Source of the DNA: Desulfotalea psychrophila LSv54
GTDB taxonomy: Bacteria; Desulfobacterota; Desulfobulbia; Desulfobulbales; Desulfocapsaceae
Assembly: GCF_000025945.1 (NCBI RefSeq)
Contig: NC_006138.1
Location: 2,640,001 to 2,672,000 of the forward strand
Reading direction: 5' to 3'
DNA: 32,000 nt
Shown: positions 16,093 to 24,632 of the stretch, piece by piece
Layout: every line of letters starts with the position of its first letter
Position numbering within the stretch: position 1 is the stretch's first letter
Program-made: the position numbers and the translations under genes
The notes under the pieces: generated by a model
Told to the model about the DNA's origin: nothing
Database searches by the model: none
The model's input: only the letters and a program-made list of their open reading frames with translations

Positions 16093-16752
16093 CTAGTGGA
16101 GGGAAAGAATTTGATTAAGAAGGGTAACTGCCTGCCTGCCGTCTCTGTCTGTAATCGCCTGAAAAAGCTCCTTATGGAGCTGCGAGAACTCCACCTCTTG
16201 TCTATCGCCAAGACAGACCTTCTGCTCAACAGAGATACAGATAAACTTAGAGATCGAGCTGTAGAGATCGTAAAGAATTGTGTTACCGGCAGCCCTGGCA
16301 ATTGTCAGGTGAAATTCGATATCTGCCTCGCCATACTCTTTTGAGGAGAAGTGAGCAGAGTTCCTCGCCAACAGGGCCCTCTCAATACGAACAAGATCTG
16401 CCGCGGTACGTCTTTGGGCGGCAAGCTGGACAATTTCCCGTTCGATTACAAGGCGCGCCTCATCCACCTCACTCTCCCGAGAGCCACTTAAGCGATTGAA
16501 GATATTACCCTCGAATCTGCCGGAGGAGACAACATAGGTACCATCTCCCTGGCGTGCCTCAAGGACACCCGCCTGAATCAGTGATTGAATCGCCTCCCGT
16601 ATGGTATTTCTGCTGACAGAAAATTGCCGGACAAGATCTGGCTCCGAGGGAATCTTACTACCAAGCTTAAGATCACCACTTTGAATGTTTTCCTCTATCT
16701 GCTGAGATATCTGCTTAGGCAGGGACTGTTTTATAGGACGTGCAAGTTTCAC
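16093..16752 (-). CDS. GntR family transcriptional regulator (FadR/FCD subfamily)
   Basis: Winged HTH LGSKIPSEPDLVRQFSVSRNTIREAIQSLIQAGVLEARQGDGTYV, followed by a helical FCD-like C-terminal domain. AAGGAG precedes the GTG start. Confidence 0.85.
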   Translation of the reverse strand: MKLARPIKQSLPKQISQQIEENIQSGDLKLGSKIPSEPDLVRQFSVSRNTIREAIQSLIQAGVLEARQGDGTYVVSSGRFEGNIFNRLSGSRESEVDEARLVIEREIVQLAAQRRTAADLVRIERALLARNSAHFSSKEYGEADIEFHLTIARAAGNTILYDLYSSISKFICISVEQKVCLGDRQEVEFSQLHKELFQAITDRDGRQAVTLLNQILSLH

Positions 16753-16775
16753 TCTCTCTCCTTATAGGATTTCTA

Positions 16776-16796
16776 CTTGTCCAATGTTTGGACAAG
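16776..16796. promoter_or_regulatory. GntR-type operator: perfect inverted repeat CTTGTCCAA-TGT-TTGGACAAG
   Basis: 9-bp arms located 24 bp upstream of the GntR start. It contains the GT...AC core expected for FadR-subfamily operators. An extra half-site TGGACAAG lies at 16816..16823. Confidence 0.55.
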
Positions 16797-17167
16797 CGAA
16801 GATAGCTATGGAGAATGGACAAGTCAATGAATATTTTATAAAAATAGCCACCGACGTTACAGTGGCAGGGGAGTGGTGAGAGTCTTTTAAGAGATCGTTC
16901 TGACAGAAGAAGAGTTGCAAGAGAGGGCCAAAGGCTCTTACCTTCCCCTTGCCTATTTTCTACCCAGGTAATAATTTTACCGGGTAATTTCTATCCATCC
17001 TCCCCTCTCGCCACTCTGCTCGCAAATGTTCTATTAACGGCAAAAGGATTTTTTTGCCGTAATTACAGTTACTTTCAACTGTACACAAATATGGAATAAA
17101 ACTTGCAATAACCTCACTTATATCAACACGAACTACGTTAACAACACAATAAGAAAGGAAAAAAATC

Positions 17168-17500
17168 ATGAAAAGATCATTGATCAGTCCATTTATCGCG
17201 GTAACATATATCACGGTGGCCATCACGGGAATCCTGATGATGTTTCACCTCAGAATACAGGGAATAGGTGCCCTGCATCAATGGGGTGGCGTGCTTTTCA
17301 TTATTGGAGGTATGATTCATCTCAGTTTGAACTGGCGGGTGTTTACCTCATATTTCAAAAGTAACAGGTCAGTTTTGAGTGTATGCGCAGGAGTTCTGGC
17401 CCTGCTCCTCATTCTTCTTGTAGCTCCACACCAGGAGCATAGGAGGGGGCAGCAGGGTGGCATGATCCATAAGGTTTTTTACGAAAGGCACCATCGATAA
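17168..17500 (+). CDS. Small membrane protein, DUF4405-like (3 TM, conserved His residues)
   Basis: MKRSLISPFIAVTYITVAITGILMMFHL...LHQWGGVLFIIGGMIHLSLNWRVF matches the DUF4405 pattern from memory. RBS AAGGAAA. Confidence 0.55.
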   Translation: MKRSLISPFIAVTYITVAITGILMMFHLRIQGIGALHQWGGVLFIIGGMIHLSLNWRVFTSYFKSNRSVLSVCAGVLALLLILLVAPHQEHRRGQQGGMIHKVFYERHHR

Positions 17501-17644
17501 AAAGAAAGTACGGGACGATAAAAAGGCCAGGATTTCAAACAAAATTTAAGCCAGAAAGATCGTTCCTATTCCATCTACTCTCTTCAGCGCTTGGGCTCCA
17601 GCCTCGGTAAAGGCCGATACGATCTCCCCGCTTGGTCCCCATGC

Positions 17645-18607
17645 CTAAGCATCGTCTCCAGCGAACGCCCGAAAGGTCTCCATGGCAAAGAGGGCTCTTG
17701 CAGACGGGCTTCTTCTCTTCTGTCCTTCCCCATCGATGAGATCAACCCGGGGCTGAAGGCCATAGCCGTTGGCAACCTGAATGGCGAGGCCGGGCCTGGC
17801 GTTCAGCTCCAGAATCATGGGGCCCTTATTCATATCCAGGACGATATCCACCCCGAGGTAACCGAGACCGGTGATTTCATAACACCTGGCGGCCAAATCT
17901 ACAAAGGCAGACCAATCAGGAACCGAAAAGGTGGAGAGGTCTTTGCCGGTATCCGGATGACGAGTCACAGGACGGTCAAACTGAACGGCCTTGAGGGCAT
18001 GGCCGGTGCCGATATCGATACCCACTCCCACGGCGCCCTGGTGCAGGTTGGCCTTGCCATCCGAATCTTCTGTGGAGAGACGGGTCATGGCCATTATCGG
18101 GTATCCCTTGTAGACAATGACGCGGATATCGGGCACGCCCTGGTAAGAAAAGCCTGTAAAGGCAGAGGAGAACTCAACCATCTCCTCAATCATGGCCACG
18201 TCGTTATTACCACCAAGGCTGAAGAGACCACTGAGGGTGTTCGAGGCATGACGTTTAACCTCCTGAAGGGTGACCCTCGCCCCGCCTGGTTTGAGGAACG
18301 CCTTACCGTCGCGTCCGCCGATGACGAGGATCCCCTTACCACCACTGCCCCGGGCCGGTTTGATGACAAAGGGAGGACAGGTTTCCAGAAATGCTTCAAG
18401 CTCCCTGACATTGCCCTGGGTCTTAACCACCCCGAGAAGCCTGGGCGCGGAGATCCCGGCCTTTGCCAGAATTACCTTGGTCTTCAGTTTGTCATCCACC
18501 AAGGGATAGAGTTTTCTCGGGTTGTTTTGCGCGATCAGAACCACATTGCGTCTGTTCATACCCACAATACCGGCCTTTTTCAGTTGGGCGGGAGAGGCAA
18601 AAAACAT
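17645..18607 (-). CDS. Alpha-L-glutamate ligase-related ATP-grasp protein (RimK-related amidoligase)
   Basis: The N-terminus GIVGMNRRNVVLIAQNNPRKLYPLVDDKLKTKVILAKAGISAP is characteristic of the rimK-related E-ligase family. ATP-grasp motifs FVIKPARGSGGKGI and LGVDIVLD...ILELNARPG are present. Confidence 0.85.
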   Translation of the reverse strand: MFFASPAQLKKAGIVGMNRRNVVLIAQNNPRKLYPLVDDKLKTKVILAKAGISAPRLLGVVKTQGNVRELEAFLETCPPFVIKPARGSGGKGILVIGGRDGKAFLKPGGARVTLQEVKRHASNTLSGLFSLGGNNDVAMIEEMVEFSSAFTGFSYQGVPDIRVIVYKGYPIMAMTRLSTEDSDGKANLHQGAVGVGIDIGTGHALKAVQFDRPVTRHPDTGKDLSTFSVPDWSAFVDLAARCYEITGLGYLGVDIVLDMNKGPMILELNARPGLAIQVANGYGLQPRVDLIDGEGQKRRSPSARALFAMETFRAFAGDDA

Positions 18608-18609
18608 AC

Positions 18610-20124
18610 TTACTTGCCCCCGGACAGAGGTTCAAATCGTCGCAACTCGGTCAGCCTGTAACCGGAGTAACTTCCAATCATAATGATCACAGCCAGAACC
18701 ACCAGCAAAAGCTCGGGGAAGGAATAGGTCAGGTGGCCTACATAGGGGTTTTTCATAACCAGAAAGATAATTGATGCTGAAAAGAGGCTACCTCCACCCT
18801 GAATGAAAACATCCCTGGGGCCCTCTTCTTCCCAGAGAACAGACATGCGCTCAATGGTCCAGGAAATAATGATCATGGGAAAAAAGGTCACCCTTAAGCC
18901 CGCCTCTATCCCCATCTTGATACTAATAACGCTAATGGCCACATAGATAATGATGACAAAGACAAGTACCGCCGAGATCCTCGGCACAAGGAGCAAGTTC
19001 AGGCTACTCAGATAGTAACGGAGAATCAAACCAATCCCGACGATAATAATAAAGAGTGACAGCCCTGCCAGAAGATTAACCTGCAAGAAAACCAAGGCAA
19101 TAAGAATAGGCATAAATGTGCCTGAGGTTTGCACCCCCACAAGGTTCCTAAGGATCACAATGATGAGGGCGCCGATGGGAATGAGGAGCAAGAGTTTAAA
19201 GGTGTTCTGCTGAGAGACGGGAAGACTGTAGATGGAGAAATCAATGAACTTGCTACCGCTGTACCTACCGTGCTGCACAGCAGCTCTTTGGGCCGAGATC
19301 TCTCCTGTCAGGGTGGAATACCTGATCTTTCCGCCTGTGCCGCCCATAATCTCAAGGATAGACTCACTGCCATGCTGCCACTGCAGGAACTGATCCCGAT
19401 TTTCCAGCTCTGCGGTTCTTGGGTTGATCAACTGCACCTGCCGTCCGTTCTGGATTTCAATAAAGCTTCTCAGCTTCTGCTTTTTCTTTGACACTGCTAA
19501 ATTGAGCCCCTTAACAGAGCGTGACTTCACCCCGGCTCTGTTCAGCAAGCTACAGGCAAGATTTACCTTCCCGCCGTATTCGTCCGCGTCGGTGAGGAGC
19601 AACGAGGCGTCCTGATTGATGGGGTCATTAAGGGACACAAGGATTGCCCTTGCCAGCCCCAACTCCGAGGTCTCTTTGCCAAGGGCCTCGGTGACAATAT
19701 GATCGGCTGCCACCTCATGGGCTCCGCTGAAAATAATCACTGCTGCCGGTTCTATCTCCTTCTGGCTAACCTCTCCTCCATCACTGCGCCTATAGGCCGT
19801 GGACCTGAAAAAAATCTTCTGCCGGCCACTTACATCAGCGGCACGCCAGACAGCCCGGCTTCCCTTTCGCTCAAAGCTATACCCTTCAGCAATAGATTTT
19901 CTACCCAGGACTGCGATGGCATCATTGGGGTCGGGCGTATTAACCGAGATCTGCACCGGCCCACCGTCAGCGATAAAGGAGATGGTCGCCTCAACGGTCC
20001 AGGCCATCTCTTTTTTTCCTGGAAGCAGGGGAAAGCCCAACTCTATATGCTTGTATATGGTGGCACCTACCCCCAACACGACCAGAACAGCAACAATGAC
20101 AATAATCTGAATTTGCTGTTTCAT
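18610..20124 (-). CDS. Inactive-transglutaminase domain fused to a 7-TM module (partner of the ATP-grasp ligase)
   Basis: N-terminal TM, then a ~290-aa extracytoplasmic domain, then ~7 hydrophobic helices in the C-terminal 200 aa. The gene has an ATGA overlap with the upstream gene and a 2-nt gap to the ATP-grasp gene. This architecture matches the conserved three-gene amidoligase system described by comparative genomics. Confidence 0.7.
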   Translation of the reverse strand: MKQQIQIIVIVAVLVVLGVGATIYKHIELGFPLLPGKKEMAWTVEATISFIADGGPVQISVNTPDPNDAIAVLGRKSIAEGYSFERKGSRAVWRAADVSGRQKIFFRSTAYRRSDGGEVSQKEIEPAAVIIFSGAHEVAADHIVTEALGKETSELGLARAILVSLNDPINQDASLLLTDADEYGGKVNLACSLLNRAGVKSRSVKGLNLAVSKKKQKLRSFIEIQNGRQVQLINPRTAELENRDQFLQWQHGSESILEIMGGTGGKIRYSTLTGEISAQRAAVQHGRYSGSKFIDFSIYSLPVSQQNTFKLLLLIPIGALIIVILRNLVGVQTSGTFMPILIALVFLQVNLLAGLSLFIIIVGIGLILRYYLSSLNLLLVPRISAVLVFVIIIYVAISVISIKMGIEAGLRVTFFPMIIISWTIERMSVLWEEEGPRDVFIQGGGSLFSASIIFLVMKNPYVGHLTYSFPELLLVVLAVIIMIGSYSGYRLTELRRFEPLSGGK

Positions 20125-20858
20125 CTCTGTTTCTCACTCATGGGGGTAGTTACGTTTTTACGATTTACGTCGACCACAAATTCGCCCTGAAGGAAATTTC
20201 GACCTATGAGAATCTGGTATGCAAAATCAGAGCGATCGGCCAGAGAAAATTCCCTAACAAGCCTGACGCCCCCCATCATACTCTTTACCGTGACCACAGG
20301 TCTTTTCAGCGACTTCTCTCCATGGCGCTTAATCGTTACATTACGAGAGAGACGACATTTCATCTCTTTTTTCTGACCGCTTCTCCTATCTCTCACCATA
20401 AAACGAACCCATTTTTCCCCATCACGCTCAAAGCGCCTTATATCCTTAGCATCAAGGGAAGAGGTCGTTGCCCCAGTATCGATCCTGGCAGGCATTGTCA
20501 CCCCGGACTTAATAAGGGTGACCGGTTCCACCTCACCAATGAGGCGAAGACCGGCAGAGGGCTGAAAAACCGGTTTTATACCGGTCTCAGGGCCCGGTTT
20601 AACTTCGATTCCGACAGCCGGTTTAACTTCGATTCCGACAGCCGGTTTAGCTTCAATGCCGACAGCCGGTTTAGCTTCAATTCCGACAGCCGGTTTAGCT
20701 TCAATTCCGACAGCCGGTTTAGCTTCAATTCCGACAGCCGGTTTAACCCCGGCTTCAATGTCCGGCCTGGATAGGGTACATGAACAAAGTAGCACCGGAA
20801 CCAATAAAAGCATCACTATTCTCTGCCAGCCAAAGATGGCTTTCCTGATCTGAACCAT
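20121..20858 (-). CDS. Retropepsin-like 'ATP-dependent Zn protease' (PF05618/RimB-like) with a signal/lipoprotein-like N-terminus and a (KPAVGIEA)n repeat linker
   Basis: The probable start M21 gives MVQIRKAIFGWQRIVMLLLVPVLLCSC. About six and a half KPAVGIE[AV] repeats follow. The catalytic-type motif is ARIDTGATTSSL, followed by VRFMV...ILIGRNFL. Confidence 0.75.
   Translation of the reverse strand: MVQIRKAIFGWQRIVMLLLVPVLLCSCTLSRPDIEAGVKPAVGIEAKPAVGIEAKPAVGIEAKPAVGIEAKPAVGIEVKPAVGIEVKPGPETGIKPVFQPSAGLRLIGEVEPVTLIKSGVTMPARIDTGATTSSLDAKDIRRFERDGEKWVRFMVRDRRSGQKKEMKCRLSRNVTIKRHGEKSLKRPVVTVKSMMGGVRLVREFSLADRSDFAYQILIGRNFLQGEFVVDVNRKNVTTPMSEKQR
20594..20760 (-). repeat. 24-bp head-to-tail tandem repeat (6 full units plus 1 degenerate) inside the protease gene
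   Basis: On the + strand, units CCGGTTTA(A/G)CTTC(G/A)AT(T/G)CCGACAG lie at 20594, 20618, 20642, 20666, 20690 and 20714. A degenerate unit starts at 20738. Units 4-6 are identical. Confidence 0.95.
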
Positions 20859-21221
20859 TTTTACTCTTTTCACCTGAAAATATATTAACATTCGCCAATT
20901 ATCATTGCCGAAACTCATTCAGCACCGGGCCTGTCATAAACCGCAAGAAGGTTGCCTCCAACCAATCTTGCGGCGACGCCCCCACGAGGACCCCTCTTTT
21001 CCCAGCTCACCTTTTGCCATATTGCCAGTCTGAGGCATGCAGATCTCACTGCCCATATAACATTGTTCTTGTCAATCAGCAACACCACTGATAGAAAGCT
21101 ACCTATTTACAGATGCTTGGAAGAAGACCATCCCCCATTTACACCTGAAGATAATACCTTTACAGATTAGTGAGATTTTATTTCCATAGCTCTCACGGTT
21201 CACACCTGCACATTTATTTAC

Positions 21222-21626
21222 TGGATTTTAGAAAAAAACGGCCCCAAAAGGACTAATGCGGTCAATGAGAACTTGCGCTTCATGAGCTATCTGAAGAATT
21301 TGAACAAAATATTTTACAAATGAGGGAGAAAGCGACGTCTGCAGAAGGCAATAGTGTCGTAATCAGGATGATTATTGCCAGTGATATAGCGAAAAGCAAC
21401 AGAGTCATAGGTGGCTTTTTCAATTTTACGCAGAAAAACACTCCTGTCGCATATCCTTAGAACAAAAGGGCTGTCATCATTTCTGAAAAATATACCTTAC
21501 TGCCTCGACCACCATATGCCTTCTTAATTGCAAAAATGTCCAATTGTCCCACTCTTGCAATGACAAAACGTACCAAATGGCCTTTCGATAGCAAATCTTA
21601 CACGTTGGCAGAAACATAAAAATCTG
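21222..21626 (-). pseudogene. IS1182-family (IS5-like, DUF772 N-terminal domain) transposase remnant
   Basis: The minus strand reads FLPT...LLSKGHLVRFVIARVGQLDIFAIKKAYGGRGSKVYFSEMMTALLF*GYATGVF, then a frameshift, then RKIEKATYDSVAFRYITGNNHPDYDTIAFCRRRFLPHL*. The classic YGxGRxxYxPxMM...SSRKIE...AFRY...PDxxTIxxFRRRF pattern is interrupted by a stop and frameshifts. The catalytic C-terminal part is absent. Confidence 0.6.
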
Positions 21627-21902
21627 CTATCGACTACCACCTGTGAAGGTTACACTCATACCTACCTAACCTCTTATTATAAATTGATTACTGGCAACAG
21701 TATAGCATGATTTTGAAAAAGGCCGACAGACTCTAGACCCTGCATGGTAAGGCTTCAACAACCCCGCACCCAGAGAGATTAAGGCCCCGCCTCCCTGCCA
21801 TCACTGACCTTCATCCCCCCTAACTAATATCATCGAGTTACACGATCTGGCAAGAGACCGCCCCTTCGCTCAATGATCTACTCGATGAGCCCATACCACC
21901 TT

Positions 21903-23543
21903 TCACTTATAAAGAGTGGCAATAGAGTCGGCCAGTCTCTGCGCTAGTTCAGAGGCTTCATATTTATCTGTCACAACTTCGATATAGGCACCGCTACCAC
22001 AGGCCTCGGCCTTCCTGATCGCCTCATCAAGTTCACCGCAAGTCGTCACCCGGGCGCTAAACCAACCGTCACAACCCAGTACTTCAGGAAGGTCTTTATA
22101 GTGCCACTGGGCAAGATCGTTATAGTAGATATCGGGGTCGCGGCAGAGCAATCGCTCAATCAGATAACCATCGTTGCTGAGCACGAAAATGATTGGTTTG
22201 AGACCATAGCGATGAAACTGACTGATTTCCTGGGCCGTAAACTGATGCGAACCCTCACCGGTGATGAGGATCGTTCGACGATCCGGGGCTGCCAAAGCAG
22301 CACCTAACGCGGCGGGGGTGGCCCAGCCGATCGATCCCCACAGGCTCTGATTGAGAAAGAGCGAGCCATTGGGCATCTTAGCGAAACCGAGCCCCATCGA
22401 GCATGTTCCGGTTTCGGCAACCAGTATATCGTCGGCCTTCAGCATCTGTTCCCAGCGTGGGTAGAGATAATCCACCGTGATCTTATCGTCCTCGCCACCG
22501 ACCGGCTCTCCGAGCCCCTCCACCCTGGGGCCCAGACCATACTTACGGGGCAGTTTTTCGGCCAGCATGACCAAGACATCCTTCATTTCGATATTGTGGT
22601 AGATGGCAGTCCCTACCCGCACCCTATGTGGCATGATATTGATACTTGCGGCAGGATCGATGTTGGCCGTAAAAGAGCCGGAGTTAAAATCTGTGAGCAT
22701 CATGCCGATAGCAAGCAGGCAGTCACTGCCCTCGACAAAGGCCCGAACCTGCTCATTCATCAGCTCGCCGTTGTAGATACCTATATAGCTAGGGTGCGCC
22801 TCATTGAGTACACACTTGTCCATGAACATGGTGGCGAAGGGCAGGCCTGAAGCCTCGACCACGGCGGCAGCCTGGTCTCGAAGCCCGAAACGGGTAGCCA
22901 TGATACCGGGCAGGATACAGGCCCTCTTACTTACGGAAACGGCATGACAAATCGCCTCTACCGCGGCCGCCAGGGTGCCCACCTCGCTTGTTGCCACAAC
23001 CACTGCCTCTGCCTGCCCCACAACCGGCATATCCGCATAGTCTCCCGGGAATGCCATATATACCGGCCGACGGTGATAGAAAGCCGCGGCAATGAGACGT
23101 TCAGTCTCGGCCACACAGTTATCCGGGGTCATGATAGCTCGAGCGCAGACCACCGGCTCCGTCATTTTATAAAAGAGGTCGAACTCACCGTTACCGAGGG
23201 TGTGATGCACTAGGCGGTGAGCGGCCTGAACCCTGCTCGCAGGCATTCCCACCAGATGAAATATTGGCAGATGTTCAGCATAGGCTCCGGCAATGCCGTT
23301 AATGGCGCTGAGCTCTCCTACCCCATAGGCGGTACTGAGCGCAGCAAGACCGTGGATCCGGGCGTAACCATCGGCTGCATAGGCGGCATTAAGTTCGTTA
23401 CAGTTGCCAATCCAGCGCAGCTCCTTATCATTACAAACAGCATCGTTAATGGGGAATGCATAGTCACCCGGTACCCCGAAAACATCCTTCACTCCAAGAT
23501 CTTTCAATCGGGAAAGTACATATTCTATTACGGTCTGTTCCAT
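21903..23543 (-). CDS. Thiamine-diphosphate-dependent 2-keto-acid decarboxylase (indolepyruvate/phenylpyruvate/pyruvate decarboxylase family)
   Basis: The N-terminus VKDVFGVPGDYAFPINDAV...NELNAAYAADGYAR...VGELSAINGIAGAYAEHLPIFHLVGMP is typical of the PDC/IPDC family. The TPP motif is TGEGSHQFTAQEI...VLSNDGY. Confidence 0.9.
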   Translation of the reverse strand: MEQTVIEYVLSRLKDLGVKDVFGVPGDYAFPINDAVCNDKELRWIGNCNELNAAYAADGYARIHGLAALSTAYGVGELSAINGIAGAYAEHLPIFHLVGMPASRVQAAHRLVHHTLGNGEFDLFYKMTEPVVCARAIMTPDNCVAETERLIAAAFYHRRPVYMAFPGDYADMPVVGQAEAVVVATSEVGTLAAAVEAICHAVSVSKRACILPGIMATRFGLRDQAAAVVEASGLPFATMFMDKCVLNEAHPSYIGIYNGELMNEQVRAFVEGSDCLLAIGMMLTDFNSGSFTANIDPAASINIMPHRVRVGTAIYHNIEMKDVLVMLAEKLPRKYGLGPRVEGLGEPVGGEDDKITVDYLYPRWEQMLKADDILVAETGTCSMGLGFAKMPNGSLFLNQSLWGSIGWATPAALGAALAAPDRRTILITGEGSHQFTAQEISQFHRYGLKPIIFVLSNDGYLIERLLCRDPDIYYNDLAQWHYKDLPEVLGCDGWFSARVTTCGELDEAIRKAEACGSGAYIEVVTDKYEASELAQRLADSIATLYK

Positions 23544-24580
23544 AACTCCTCTCCTTACTTGTTAGCTGTTAGCTTGTCGATTTTAGAGCTAAGGCCTGCA
23601 ATAGGGTGTGTGCTGTGACTTAGCTAAACTAAAAGAACAAGTCATGCCGGCCTGTTCATCATTGATAGCTGACAATTTTTATTCTTACAGTTGCTTAAAA
23701 TAAATTTGATAAAAAAAAGCACCTAAACATTCCACCGTTGAAAAACATTAGACGATTTCCTCCAACCAATATGCAGGGATAATTTTGGAAGATAGAATCT
23801 TCTGTCCATGGCCCAAGAAAGGGCAACTATAAGAAACAACAGGGTGTATGGGACAGGTATAGGTCGTTAACTCATCCTGGCTTGCAAGAGAGGATGAAGC
23901 CCCCCATTCAGATACTCTCTGGATCTTCTTTTGTCTTTATTTTTTGCGCAAATATCTCCATATCCCCTGTGCTTGATTAAGACTTAAGTTCAGCGAAAGC
24001 TCTGCCCGAAAAATTTCAATCTCAACCTCTTGACCATGTGCTACAGATCATATCACAGATATTATGCTAAGTACCAAAGCCTCAACGAATGAATCAGCTT
24101 CCAAAGAAACTCTGGACCCTTATTATTATAGCATGGCAAGAGCGGAGGGTGGATTGCAGAAGAGTGTTAGGGGGTGTGAGTGTAGGATACTTGAACAGGA
24201 TTTTTTTATGTCATCTCCAAGCAACTTGTCGCACCTATTCTACCAACTCAGCTACCATAAAAAATCCGACAGACTCCTAATGGGACTCTATGTGACCCTG
24301 TAATTAATTACAGCGCCAATACTACCTCTTATGCAAACAAGAGCTACAGGGGAGACAGCTAAGAGTCAAATAAATCTTTACTCACAGACGAGAAAGAGTG
24401 TGTAGCCGGGACCAATTGAAGACAAATCCATCCTGACAGAGAGAGCACCTGTCAAGGGCATATTTATTTAAGAACCGACCGACCAAGCAGAGGAGAGCAA
24501 AACAATGTGCCCCTTCTCACTTGATTTCGCCTGCCTGATTCACCTAGCATGTTAATAGGTCTTTCAATTTTCATGATCTC

Positions 24581-24610
24581 CCTCTGCCAGCCATACTCTC
24601 CTGGCAGAGG
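24581..24610 (+). other. Perfect 10-bp-stem hairpin in the 5' leader, 22 nt upstream of the aldehyde dehydrogenase start codon
   Basis: CCTCTGCCAG (24581..24590) pairs with CTGGCAGAGG (24601..24610) across a 10-nt loop. No U-tract follows, so it is not a classical terminator. Confidence 0.5.
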
Positions 24611-24632
24611 AGTCACAAGCTACGAGGACAAT

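Noticed and set aside
16086-16301. 72-codon N-terminal extension of the MFS ORF (track start 16301)
   Set aside because: The extension overlaps the 3' end of the GntR gene in another frame and is S/R-rich. The transporter fold starts at MKKIFSPR (16085).
18629-18639. GGTTCAAATCG resembling a tRNA T-arm
   Set aside because: It lies inside the 3' end of the 7TM protein gene. No acceptor, D or anticodon stems can be built around it.
17591-18661. 356-aa ORF on the + strand
   Set aside because: It is antisense to the ATP-grasp ligase gene, which has clear family motifs. The + strand translation is G/R/P-rich and has no recognisable domain.
20594-20760. Regular 24-bp repeats considered as a possible CRISPR array
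   Set aside because: The units are contiguous with no spacers and are in frame within a protein-coding gene, encoding KPAVGIEA. This is a coding tandem repeat, not a CRISPR array.
24064-24303. Two overlapping + strand ORFs (79 and 63 aa)
   Set aside because: They overlap each other in different frames, lack an RBS and have an odd composition. They are most likely non-coding.
23544-24632. Looked for a lysine (L-box) riboswitch or sigma-54 promoter upstream of the lysine operon
   Set aside because: I could not recognise conserved L-box segments. The TGGCA-containing strings here lack correct GG-N10-GC spacing. An Infernal scan would be needed for certainty.
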